This document shows positions 51,646 to 64,000 of a DNA stretch of 64,000 bases, piece after piece. The stretch's first letter is position 1. Every line of letters starts with the position of its first letter. This stretch comes from Octopus vulgaris (lineage: Eukaryota), in assembly GCA_951406725.2 (NCBI GenBank), contig OX597817.1, positions 85,498,001-85,562,000 on the forward strand. The letters are read 5' to 3'. The translations under genes were made by a program, and so were the position numbers. Under the pieces are notes generated by a model. The model ran no database searches. It worked only from the letters and a program-made list of their open reading frames with translations, and was not told the origin of the DNA.

Positions 51646-52328
51646 AAACATGGGATGAGATGGTGAAGCACGACCTTCGAATTTTGAACCTTATAGAGGC
51701 AATGACTAGTGACCAAGGCCTTTGGTGATGTGCTCAACTGATACTTATTTCGTCAACCCATAAAGGATGAAAGGCAAAACCGACCTTAGCAGAATTTGAA
51801 CTCAGGCTGTAAGAAATCAAAAGAAATCTTTTAAGCCTAGTGCACCCGTGCTGGTGACATGTAAAAATAAATCAACCCTTGAACATTGGGCCTCACAGGG
51901 GCAAAGTTACTGAGTACCTGTCGAGTGTTGGGCTTCATGGAGGCTTAGTGGCTGAGTTCCTTTTGAGTGTTGGGCCTCATGGAGGCAAAGTGGCAGAGCT
52001 CCTTTCGAGTGTTGGGCCTCACAGAGGCAATGACCAAGACCTTTAGCATTGTGTCGTGCTCGAGAAGAACACCCATCAAGCCGAGCAAAATCATAGTCAT
52101 GGCAGATACCAGTGTCACGCAAATGGCACCCATGCTGGTGGCACGTAAAAGCACCAATTACGCTCTCAAAGTGGTTGATGTTAGGAAGGGCATCCAGCCA
52201 TAGAAAACCATGCCAAATCAGACTGGAGACTGGCACAGCCTTCCAGTGTGCCAGCCCACTCAAACCATCCAACCCATGCCAGCATGGACAACAGACATTA
52301 AATGATAATGATGATGATGATGATGATA
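51646..52328 (+). mobile_element. RTE 3' end with 42-bp tandem array and GAT tail
   Basis: KTWDEMVKHDLR remnant, four 42-bp units at 51881-52035, ccaacccatgccagcatgg hairpin and (GAT)n. Confidence 0.8.
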
Positions 52329-53126
52329 TGATCTTAATAATAAAATGACATAGTTGAATATTTTTAGGAATTCATATGTGTATACACAAAACTTTATTAT
52401 ATGCATCTATATTAGATTCTCCCTCTTATTTTATAAATTCATATTGCTTTTGAGTTTGATTAATTTATATTACTTGCATTTATATTACAATAACTAGAAT
52501 AGAAAAGAAAGTGAGATGTTATTTTGAAATACCAAAGACTTGTATGAATGACTCTCAAAATTCAAACTTTTTTTGTAAAAGATCTTTCTATAAATGTAAA
52601 AGATCATTCTGTAAAGATTTTAATCAAGTTATATATATATAAAGAAAATAATCAAAAACCAATTTTTTAAATTCTTTAGTTTAACTGTCTAGACAAGCCT
52701 AAAGTAAAAATTGTCTTTGAGTGTTTACATAAGAAATTTTCAGAATTTTATTTGCTGCATTAACCATTTTAGAACAAATATTGTCAACCCAAATTGAATT
52801 CATTTCCATGTTAATGTTTAGTTAATTTATGTCATTATTATGTCATATTAATATTAATATTTTTGCTTCAATTTATTTTTAACCTCCATGGCAATTATTT
52901 CGTGTTTACTCATCATCAAAAGAATGTCTCAGTGTACAAGTGGGAAAAATTGACAGACTTCTTCCAGAACTATTATTATCAAAGAAAAGAAAATATTATT
53001 TATGTTGCTTTTCAGTTGACTGCAATGATTGAGATTTCTTGCTTAGAATTTCTCCTATCCTGACAGAAATCTTCTGGTTTCACTATAGAAGTCTAATATA
53101 ATTAAAGAAAAACTTGATGTTCTTTT

Positions 53127-53337
53127 TTTTTTTACTTGTTTCAGTCATTTGACTGCGGCCATGCTGGAGCACCGCCTTTAATCGAGCAACTCAACCCCGG
53201 GACTTATTCTTTTGCAAGCCCAGTACTTATTCTATCAGTCTCTTTTTGCCGAACCACTAAGTGACGGGGACATAAACACACAAGCATCGGTTGTCAAACA
53301 ATGCTAGGGGGACAAACACAGACACACAAACATATAC

Positions 53338-53383
<46 letters not shown>

Positions 53384-53543
53384 GCCAGGCTTCTTTCAGT
53401 TTCCGTCTACCAAATCCACTCACAAGGCATTGGTCGGACCGGGGCTATAGCAGAAGACACTTGCCCAAGATGCCACGCAGTGGGACTGAACCCGGAACCA
53501 TATGGCTGGTAAGCAAGCTACTTACCATACAGCCACTCCTGCG
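53127..53543 (-). mobile_element. Abundant SINE family A (gcgcaggagtggctgt... head, internal TA/CA microsatellite, ...gactgaaacaagtaaaa tail); best copy
   Basis: Other copies by eye: 228-600(-), 2618-2815(-), 4142-4314(-), 4467-4637(+), 14463-14635(-), 17246-17626(-), 25208-25613(-), 25693-26044(+), 37125-37430(+), 50032-50490(+). Confidence 0.85.
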
Positions 53544-53827
53544 CAAGAAAGTAGCACAAAAAATTCCCAATTTTCAGATAGGAAATGAAAACAACAACAA
53601 TAATAGCAATAATTCTTCCTATGGTAGGTACAAGGTCTGAAATTGGGGTAAGGGGACTAGTCAATTACATCAACCTCAGTGCTCAACTGATACTTATTTT
53701 GTCAACCCATGAAGGATGAAAGGCAAAATCGACCTTAGCAGAATTTGAACTCAGACTGTAAGAAATCAAAAGAAATGCTGTTAAGCATTTTGCCCAACAC
53801 ACTAACAGTTTTGCAAGCTCACCACCT

Positions 53828-53858
<31 letters not shown>

Positions 53859-54059
53859 AAGAAGAAGAAGAAGGAGGAGGAGGAGGAGGAAATAGAAAAG
53901 GAAAAGAGAAAGTGGTAGAGAGAAAGGAGGAGGTGGAGGAGGTAGAGAAGAAGAAGAAAAAGAAGAACTTTTTAAATATTGGCTAAAGTCTACAAATATT
54001 TAGAGAAAGCTACAGTTGGTTTTATCTTCTCTGTATTTGACTTCTCTTCTAGAGATTGC

Positions 54060-54340
54060 TTCTTATTTTACCAAGTCCTCCCAAACCTCTTTAGGTTTCC
54101 TTCGGTCCCTTTTGATTCCATCTCCTCTCCTTAAGTCTCCTCAAGTTTCCCCATATCTCCTTTGATCCCTTATAGTTTCCTCAGATCTCCTCTGGACCTC
54201 TCAGATTTCCTTAGATCCCATTTCATCCCCTCTAATCTTTTCAAGTTACTTCAGGTCTCCTCAGATCCCTTCAGTTTTATTTGGGTTTCCTCGGATCTTC
54301 TTTGGTCCACTCTGGTCTCCACTCAACTTCATTCACCCTG
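54060..54340. repeat. Degenerate ~10-11-bp pyrimidine-rich minisatellite
   Basis: Recurring cctcagatct / ccttaggttt / cttcaggtct-like units. Confidence 0.5.
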
Positions 54341-55344
54341 TAACTTCACTTTTCAACTTACAAGTTGTTGACTCTAACATAACAGCAATATTTCTTGGTG
54401 TTACAGTTTTCACATTATTATTATCATTTTCATTCTTTGCATTGTTTCTTTCTATTGGTGTTATCATGTTACTGTTTTCTGTCGTTGTTACTGATTCTGG
54501 TGTTACTTTTTTCATTCTGCTTTTTACTAACATTCTCAACCCTTTCATTGTCAGTCATGTTGATTTCAACATCTTTTTTTCCCACCTCCTATTGGATTAT
54601 TATTCTTTTTGATTTTATTGTTCTTGCCACTGTGTCTTCATGTCATTTCTGCTGTTGTCAGTGTTTTTATCGTACTCATTGTTTATACCACTGCCATTTT
54701 CACCTCACAGCTGTGTTTCACTATACCATTACTGAAGTTAATAGATTTAACACCTACACATTTCTTATATTTCTCAAAAAAAATGTCTACAGAAAATGTC
54801 ATTTTTTTTCACTTTGTCAAGCAAAATTTTCAAGGTAGATGACAGTTCTAATGTTAACCACTTCTACAGCTATTATGGGTGCCTCACATCGATCATCATT
54901 TTTCAAACACGAAACTTGTCAACATTTTAAATAAAAATGTTTGTTCCCTAACTGCAGACAGCAGGGGAAAATAACTGTGTCTCTTCTAATTACAGGAGAA
55001 ACAAAGATTTTTATACACCTCTTTTTCAACATCAAACATCATCATCAAAACTTTATTTGTGTTGGATAAAATGCTTTGCATTTATATACATATATAGGTG
55101 TGTGAAAGAGAGAGAGAGAAAGAGAGAGAGTTTGTGTCACCTTGTTTTGACATCATGCAATAGTTGGAAATGAGTGTTATCATTATACAAGCAGTGGCCT
55201 TTGTTTCAAATTTTCTACCAAAACATGCCCATCCATGTGGAAATATTACCTTGCTCAGAAACAGAAGGTTGGTGACAGGAATAGCATCCAACTGTTGAAA
55301 ATCTGCCTTAACAAATTCTGACCTATCTATGCAAGCATGGGTTC

Positions 55345-55705
55345 CAGGATCAGAAAGAAAGAAAATGAAAAACAAAAAAAAAATCATCTCTTAAAATTTG
55401 AAATTTCAAGAATTTGGGATGCGAAAACTGTAAAAGTTGTGCCTATAATAACTGGTGCATTGGGAACTGTAAGCAAAGATATAGACAAATGGTTGAAAGA
55501 AATTGGAATAGAATGTCCTGTAGAGCTCCTACATAAATTTTGCCTTTTAGGAGCAGGAAAGATTATCAGGAGGGTCTAAAGCACTTGAAAGACTATTGAA
55601 ATGTTGTGGATACCTAAGGTTACAGATAATAACCTGTTACCCAGATAAATTCTACCAGGAATAAGTACAAACCTGAGTCTGATCAATAATAATAACAATA
55701 ATAAT
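55345..55705 (+). mobile_element. R4/Dong-like 3' fragment ending in (AAT)n
   Basis: LKFEISRIWDAKTVKVVPIITGALGTV...CLLGAGKIIRRV, then a short 3' UTR and aataataat. Confidence 0.8.
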
Positions 55706-55774
55706 CCCTTCAAGGCCTGAAATTTTATGGAAGGAAGCTAATCAATTACATTAATTCTAGTGATCAACTGAACA

Positions 55775-57966
55775 TGAAACATTTTGGCCAAGGTGTTAGC
55801 AAAAAGGTTGATGCTTGTCGTAGAGAAGCTTGTAGGGAAGGTGCAGACATGCACCATTCCAGGTAGGTCGATCCAGGACAATCTTCACCTTATAGACTAC
55901 ACCTTAGACAGGTTGGGTAAATTAACCAGCAAAGGTGGGGCACTGGTTCATTTAGACCAAAGTAAAGCATTTGATAGGGTAGACCACCAGTACCTGGCAG
56001 CTGTCCTTGAAGCGGCTAGGCTGGGCCCGGACTTCCATAGGTGGATCTCCGCAATATACAGTGGCATCAAATCCACAGTTCAGATAAACAGCTTCCTGTC
56101 AGAGCCGTTTTTGATCAAGCACTCAGTTTGTCGAGGATGTCTCCTGTCTCCACTTCTGTATGTGTTGGCTTTTGAGCCATTACTGCGGACGTTGGAGAAT
56201 TTGGGGCACACCCCCAATGAGTCGGTCTCCACTTATGCGGAACACATCTCCATCATCATGCCCAATGAGGCTCAGCTACCTTGTGTAGAGAATCCTATCA
56301 AAGGATACAAGATGGTGGCAGGGGCAAAAGTTAACAAGGACAAGTCCATCAGCTTGTGCCTCGGCACCTGGAGGAGCAAGTTGATATCATCCAGTGTCAT
56401 GGGTCAGTGGACAGATGGTCCTGTTAAGTCGCTTGGAGTTTGGTTTGGACCGGACTCCCAGATGGAAAAGAATTGGATTGAGATGGCAGACAGGGTGGAG
56501 GCCCTAGTTCAGACTTGGTCCAGACAGGCTCTGTCCTTGAAAGAAAGGGTGGAGGTGGTACAGGTGTTTATTGCATCTGTAATCACCTACCGCCTAACTG
56601 CTGTCTCTTGCCCTGGCTCATGGCTAAACAAGTTTGAGCACCTTCTCTTCTGTTTATTGAGGAAAGAAGGAAAGCCACTTGTGAGGCACTCTGTCTGATG
56701 CCAGGAACCATTAAAGGGTGGGTTAGGGATGCCTTGGCTAATGATGCACAGACATGCCTTGAGGCTGAGACATCTCTGGTGCTACCTGGAGGGCGACAAG
56801 GTGTGGAATCCACTGGCAGAGGAATTCTTTCTGCAACCAGCCTCTTTGGAGAGATTCAAACCCAGTTTTATTAAAAGATGTAATCTGACAGAATGGTAAA
56901 AGGAGTATTGACAGGCACTCGTGCTAATCCACAAAACAAGCAAGGCTAGCAGTGGAATACCACCTAGGTTTTGCATAAAGGGCTGGTAGAGTTTAAAAAT
57001 GATGACGTCTAAGGAGGGACTCTGGGGTTTGACAAGAACCAACTTGCCAATCCATTCCAAAAAACTTTCAAACCAGGGTATTGGGATAATTACCAAAAAT
57101 CCCTGACCTGGCAGTGCTACAGGAACACCTTACCTGTTCACGATAAGTTATCCAGGCACGGAATGTCAGTGCCAATGGCATGTCCAAGATGTGGGCTGGA
57201 TGATGAAACCATCCAGCATGCTTTTGTACAGTGCTGGAAGCTTTCAGGCTTGATAATTATGTTTAATGTGAGTTGTCACACCTCGGCAGAGTACAGCTAT
57301 CAGCTGAGTCTATAATAAAGATTGTGCCACCAACCGGACTCTTAAAGGAAGGTGAGGCATGTTTTCTCTGTTCAGTTGCAGTGTTGAAAGAGTGTGTGTA
57401 GAAGACCATATTGCAAGGACTCATGACAGGATCCTTCATCTCTGGCCCTGGTTTGCTGACATACTTCAGATATCCTCTGAAGAGCAAGATAGGGCTGGAG
57501 AGGAGATGCTTGTCGCAAGGTGTGCTCGAGAAAAGATGGAAGGCTGTGGTAAGAAAGGTGGGTGCAAGTGACCCTGCTTAATCCTCATGGGAAAAGGAAA
57601 AAGTATAGATGCTGGGATTTTCAGCCCATTAGGTTTAATCCCCACTAAAAAAAAAGTCAAATTTTAATTATATATCATTCAATATTTTTAAAAACTAAGT
57701 ATCATACGAACTCATAATAACAATAATTGTTTGTATTGTCCTGTTTTTTCCCCTCTATGTACGATATTAATTATCCTAATAAAAAATTCATCTCTAGCAG
57801 AGGAGGTGTCCAGTACTGAGGAGTAGCAGAAATAGCTTGACACCAGAACTGGTATGCTGGTCCTGTCACTAGAAGGTGGTTGGTGTTCGCTCCCCTGCTC
57901 GCAATTTATTGGATGCAGCTCTATATTGTTAACCAGCTAGAGGAGATGTCCTCTTGGGGTTAAAAA
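55775..57966 (+). mobile_element. Tx1/L1-clade LINE, 5'-truncated and defective
   Basis: ORF 55784-56698 has AKVLAKRL, GRSIQDN, LDQSKAFDRVDH, GCLLSPLLY and YAEH (degenerate YADD). Downstream are GGLGMP and a CPRC...ETIQHAFVQC zinc knuckle at 57181. The 3' boundary is approximate. Confidence 0.88.
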
Positions 57967-59570
57967 AATCACAGTAGACTCCGTTCAAATGAACTGCCAT
58001 GTTAAAGTGGCTACAAATATTACTTGTCAATTCTACAACTCCAGGACAAAAAGAGGAAATTATAAAAAAACAAATTCCAAATTAGAAGAGAAATTGTTTG
58101 TGTGTGAGATAAGTCAACACTGTCATTAAACTTAGTGCATGCAACTGAAACAGTATTAAATTAAAATAACCATCAGTATATTATGCTTAATGTACATACA
58201 CTATTGACAGACATTATGCTAAGGTTTTTGTCTGACAGAAAACTTCTTCATAGACTTGGGTTAAAGACACAATGTTCATAGGAGAAAGGCATGCATTGTC
58301 TCAGCAGTTACTTACAAGAATGTAAGTCATGGCTCAACCTTCCTGTGCCTTGTTAATGACATGAACTCAGATGAAATTTCTCCCTTCTAAGCTATAGAGA
58401 ACTGTAAACAATATGTTCACTGATATTGTGGAAAGCTTGCCAGGCTGAATAAAACATAGGGTATGCAAATAAAACAACATTAAATTAAAATATCCACATA
58501 TGTATAATGCTTAACATAAATACATCATTGAATAGCATGATGCTGTAGATTTTTGTCTGTGATAAAATTTCTTCATTGGCATGTTGTGTTAAAAACACAA
58601 TATATAATTTCTGTCATTACATATGTAACATTGCAAAATTATTCTCCATCTGAATTTTTAACTACAATGGTTAAGAGCAACACTTATATAGTTCTCAACA
58701 CTGAATAGCAATGCATTTATAGGTTGGAAATCTGAAATGATTGAAGAGTGTATATACAATATTAAATGCATATTTCAAAGAAAATAGTCTATTTGTACTT
58801 GAAAATATATTTATTTTTATTTTATAATAGTTTTATTATTTTATATTGGTGAAAAGATATTCAGTTATACATAACTGACTTGAAATAATGAACAGAGCAG
58901 CGAAGTTCATTCAACTTTATTTTAAACAGTTTTTTATGTAAACTCATGTATGATAGAGTGTGAGGAAATAAATATATTTAAACAAATTGTTATGTTTGAA
59001 ATTGTTTATTGGTTGTTTGAAAGAAATGAATAACGAATTCTGATATTACCATTTCAGTCACATGAGACAATCAGCAACTGAGTTTTACAAAACACCTGTG
59101 TGTGTGGAGAGAAAAGAGAGAGGGGAGCAGAGAGGGAGAGAGAAAGAGAGGGGTAGATATATACATAGAAAGATAGATATGTATGTATATTGGTAGGTAG
59201 ATTGATGGGTGGGTAGGTAGGTAGGTAGGTAGGTAAGCAGGCAGACAGGCAGGCAGACAGGCAGGCAGACAGGTAGACAGGCATAAAGTGATTGGCAAAT
59301 GGCAAGAGAATGTGTAAGGTTCTGAAGCCCATTTGTTCAACCTCTCTTGTGTTGGTGCCATGAGAAAATGCACGAAGTATACTCTTTAAAATAGTTAGTA
59401 ATAGGAAAAGAATTCAAACAACTGACTAAATGAGACACACAAGGATACATACAAGGACCAATCTATGGGAGCAACAGATCCTACTAAGAAATGACTTGAG
59501 CCAACATGGAAAACAGATTTAAAAAGATGTTGATGATATATGTGTGTATGTATATATGCATGCATGCATG

Positions 59571-60975
59571 TCATTATTCAGTTTTATTTCAAGATTTCTT
59601 GCCAATAGAGGAGCCAGTTTGTAACCTAGATCCAAGGCTTCTTCATTGGAATTTCAACATCAACAACAGGGTATTTATGTATATATGCATGTATGTATAT
59701 GTGCAAATCGGTATGTCTTCTCATGCATATGCTTGTATATTTAGACATGCTCATATATACTTAAATAATAAATTTCTGAAAAGTTTTACAGATTTTTGCA
59801 GTTCCAGTGATGGTTTGTATCTGTAGTCTTTGAATCAGCTTTCTTTTTTGAGAAGACTAAGTTCTCAAGATTGGTATTTAAGCAGTGTGCTACATATCCC
59901 AGTGCCCCAATAATTACAGGTTTAAACTTGAACTTGGATAGAGTAGCTGCAGATTTCTCAATAGTTCAGTGTAGGTATTCTCTTTTTCACTGATCTTCAG
60001 CTTTATGTTAACATCCATTGGGCAGCTGATTTCCACATCTGTACACAGCTTCTCTTCTCTATCCCAAATTATCATGTCAGGTCTATTGTACTTACATATT
60101 ATTGGGGTTTTCACTGGGACATTCCACCAGTACTCCTTTTTGTTGAGTAGCTCTGGCTTCCACCATACTGTGGGCTCTTATTTCTTTGTCCTCAAGCTTA
60201 TCCTTTCGAAGGATCTCATTACAGTTTCCTAGCTACAACATCATGTCTCATTGGTAGATAATGCCAGGATGACATTTTTGGACAACTGCTTATGGTGTGG
60301 GTGATATCTTTGGTGTTAACTTCACAAAATCTGCATCAGTTTCCACATTTTTCTGCATCTCTGTCCCTTTTGTGCATCAGGTATGGTATTTGATTGAGAT
60401 TTCCTGTTCCTGGATTGCAAACACATACCCTTCAAAGCAGGAGTTAGTAATCTGGTTCTTGGTCCATGATAGACTGCTTTGGTAACCAATGTTATTATCA
60501 TCTCTTAGCTTTCTACTAACATATCCATGCATAGTCTTCTGCTCATATATGCTCATCCTTTCAACTGTTGATACATTGCAGTTGAGTTGTACAACTTCTT
60601 TGAGCATGTATTTAAGGTCATCAGACAGGGAATGCTGCTCAAGGAACTGTCTTCCAAGTCTTATGGTGTTATCATTCTCATGTATACAAACTTGGTCAAG
60701 GGATGCACTTCGACACCCGGTGGTTAAAAGATGTTACTGAAGAGATATAATACAACATTCAAAGGCATTTTAGATTAATGTTAAGCCTCCACCACCTTGT
60801 TTTCATTTAGGTAGAGGCTGTCTACATCACTGTTCATGTGAAAAGTATGTGTGCTTGTTAGTATATCTTCTGGGTTTTCACATCAATGGCTCAGATCTCA
60901 TCAAGTGTCCAGTCAAGCAGCCCAAATGTTGGTATGAGTACTGGCACTACAAACACATTGTGGGCTACTATTTTA
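59571..60975 (-). mobile_element. R4/NeSL-type RLE non-LTR 3' fragment inserted in (TATG)n
   Basis: Reverse strand: AIQEQEI, CCHC knuckle CRFCEVNTKDITHTISSC, MRHD, WWNVPVKT...NRPDMIIWD...EISCP. Both flanks are (TATG/CATG)n. Confidence 0.85.
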
Positions 60976-61335
60976 TTGAATGTATGTATGTATGTTTGTT
61001 TTTATGTATGTATGTATGTATGTTTGTATGTATGTATGTATTTATGTATGTATGTATGCATGCATGCATGCATGTATGTATGCATGTATGTATGCATGAA
61101 TGTATGTATGTATGCATGCATGCATGCATGTATGTATTTTTGCATGTATGCATGTATGTATGTATGTATACATGCATGCATGCATGTATGTATGTATGTT
61201 TATATTTATGCGTGTGTTTCTTTGTGTTTGTCCCCCACTACCACTTGACAGGATTATGCAGAAAATCCCAATAAGATGACAGGTGTTATACAATGCCATT
61301 TTGAAAGCAAAAAACATTGGTTATAATATGACAAG

Positions 61336-61635
61336 CAAATCTGTGAATAAAAGGGATGGAAGAGATAGTCAAGTACTTACAGCTGTTTCAGAAGCACAAC
61401 ATATGCACATTACACATCATTATCAATGTCTTGTAGCTGTCCAATGAACTTTTTTCATTAGGTTTAGTTGAAAATAATCTGCAGACTATTTTAAACTGAA
61501 GTTGTATATACTTGATGTAAAACTATACCAGACACTTATAAGACACTCATAGTGATGTGTAATATGCACCTTATATGCTTTTGAAACAACTGTAGTACTT
61601 GACTAACTCTTCCATCCCTTTTACTTACAGATGTG
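61336..61635. repeat. ~300-bp imperfect palindrome with ~100-bp arms
   Basis: atctgtgaataaaagggatggaagagatagtcaagtac... is mirrored by ...gtacttgactaactcttccatcccttttacttacagat. Confidence 0.9.
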
Positions 61636-62137
61636 TGGTGGGGTGTATTCTATAGAGCAGTATTTCATTGAATGATGTGATTTTGAATAAAATCCTTATA
61701 TTCTTATGAAGATTTAAATAGAAAAAAATTTCTTTCCAAAGTCTGCTTTAAAAGATAATTCCATGGTACTCAGCTGTTTTGCAATGAATTTCATAGCAAG
61801 AAGATTTGTTTAAGATAAAATTCAATTAATACACTTGAGGGCTCTGATGACCAGACAATGAGAATAATTCAAAAATATCTGTTATTTTGTTTTTAGATGC
61901 TTCAGTTATTTTTATTTGTTGTTCTTCCACCACCATCACCACCACCCTTTTTTCTGTATGATAAAAACATAACCTCTTCTAGTATAGACTGGAAGAATGA
62001 ATTTTATTTGAAATCTATTCTCAAAAAGTTATGTCTAAAAGTTTCTCTTGCTTAAAGTAGCTCAGAAATCTTTGTTTTTATACTGATACTTTCTATGAAA
62101 TATTGGATTCACTGGTATTATTATCTAACTAATAACT

Positions 62138-62192
<55 letters not shown>

Positions 62193-62906
62193 GTAATAAT
62201 TTATAAATCAGCATATCAGAATGAATATAATTGGAATTTAGGATGTATTGAATAATTGTAGCAGGCAGACGTATGATACTGTGTATGTAGTTTTTACAAA
62301 TTAATTGCAACTTAAATATTGTTTTCTTCTTCAACTGTAAACTACAATTCCCCCTATTCATGTAACTTATACAATGAAGCTACAACGTTAATGGCAACAT
62401 TTCTCTGGAAATAAAAGTATGCAACAATGAAAATGAAATTACACAATTTGTTTCAGCTAGTATTATTGTATTTATATCCATTTTTTTTGTTCTTCTCTCT
62501 TTGTTTTTAATTTCCAGCAAATGTAATGGTATATCAGAAAATAATTAACTCCAGAGAGTTAGGGAAGTTTTATATTTTTGTTGTTAATCTTTGAAATAAA
62601 AAACTAACATTATATTAGTTGGATAGCTTTGTTGTCTCAGTCTGTTTGTCTCTCTCTCTTTCTTTAGTTTTAATAGTTAACCAGATGGGGCACTTGTTAC
62701 ATTGAGAAAGAAGAAAAATTTCAGTGACATTTCAGAAGTAGGACTATACATTTTCCTGGTGTAGAAAAATAGAAAAGGCTGAAATCTATTAATTCCAAGC
62801 TGAAATCCATTAGCGCCAATGTTTTCCTTTTAAAAGAAAATTCTGTTGCCATCAGTTCATGTTTTGCATGCCTACACATATACAAATTTAACACTTTGTT
62901 TTCTGA

Positions 62907-62940
<34 letters not shown>

Positions 62941-64000
62941 GTCTGTCTGTCTGTCTGTCTATTTCTCTCTCTCCCTCTATATATATATATATATATATAT
63001 ATTATTCAAATAAGCTATCATTATCTTTAAAAAAAATAATGACAAAGTGGCCAGCAAACAATCCTACCCTGACTTTTAATATATATATAATAATATGTCT
63101 CTGTTTATCTAGCTAGCAAGCTAGCTACTTGCCTGTCAATCTATGTCTGTCTCTGTGTATATTTATCTAACTATGTATCTATCTGCCTTTCTCTTTATTT
63201 ATCAACTACCCTTCTTTCTTCCTTCTTACCTCCCATCTTTAAGCATTTAAATGCTAATATCAAAATTAAATGTTATATTCATAGTTTTAGCTGTGCTGAA
63301 TTCTCTTTTCATAGAGTTTCTTTCTAACTGAGATAATTATTCAAAACTTTATGAGTTTGTTTTGAAACCATATTTTTATAAATTCCTTTTCAATTAACAT
63401 AAATGTTCAGATGTTAAAGCAATTTTCTGTAAACAAAAAAAATTCAAAAATGAAATAAAAATTTATATTTGAACAAGTGTTTTTAAAGTTTGAAACCAAA
63501 AGTTACACACTTCATTCAAAATTATTTGTTTCATTTGCTGAAAAATTAGTTCAAAATTGTTGAAAAATCAAATTTTTATATCATTTATTTTTTAGTAAGA
63601 TGAAATAAAAAATAAAGGTCTGCAAAATTTTCTAACAACTTTTTTCTCAACTAGAATAGAACAACCAAACCTAATATTTACAACAAAACTATTTCTTATC
63701 TGCTTTGGTTCTTTCTCTGTTCAAATTCTATTAGTTTTGCATGAAAGATAAATGCTATAGGTGGAAGACCAAAAGATCTTCACCAAGATTTTCTCTAATT
63801 AGTTTTTGTTGGGGACCAGACTATTTGGTTAAGGGGAAAAGCATATGAAATGTGATTGAACAAAGAGATTTTCCAATACTTATTTTATCAATACTTTTGA
63901 ATTTGAACTTGGAACTGAGAGGGACGAAATTAAAGACCATAAAATATATAGTCCTGTACTCTAACTCGTCAGCAATCAAATACAACCTAAAAATATTTTT

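Noticed and set aside
57790-57966. GC-richer segment after the Tx1 element, considered as an snRNA target (some Tx1 families insert in U2)
   Set aside because: No match by eye to U2 or other snRNA motifs; treated as probable 3' UTR.

Overview
Eukaryotic, AT-rich, repeat-saturated genomic DNA. It is most likely from a coleoid cephalopod (Octopus-like), inferred from the SINE/RTE families and microsatellite load; this was not checked against a database. Only one convincing host-gene exon is visible: a 95-nt ankyrin-repeat exon at 43370-43464 (+). The window therefore looks like two very long introns of an ankyrin-repeat gene. The rest is mobile DNA: a 5'-truncated, nearly intact RTE LINE (11467-14407) whose RT carries an inserted C4HC3 PHD-like finger, plus many decayed RTE copies; a full-length defective mariner and a second partial one; piggyBac- and Tigger-type MITEs; a compound Helitron; Tx1/L1, R4/Dong-like and Gypsy remnants; a Penelope GIY-YIG fragment; and several tRNA-derived SINE families. 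The most notable unexplained structures are a set of Penelope-type minimal hammerhead-ribozyme motifs (one with an intact core at 7387-7440) and many local fold-back palindromes that would form dsRNA in the pre-mRNA. Most ORFs in the supplied track are microsatellite artefacts.
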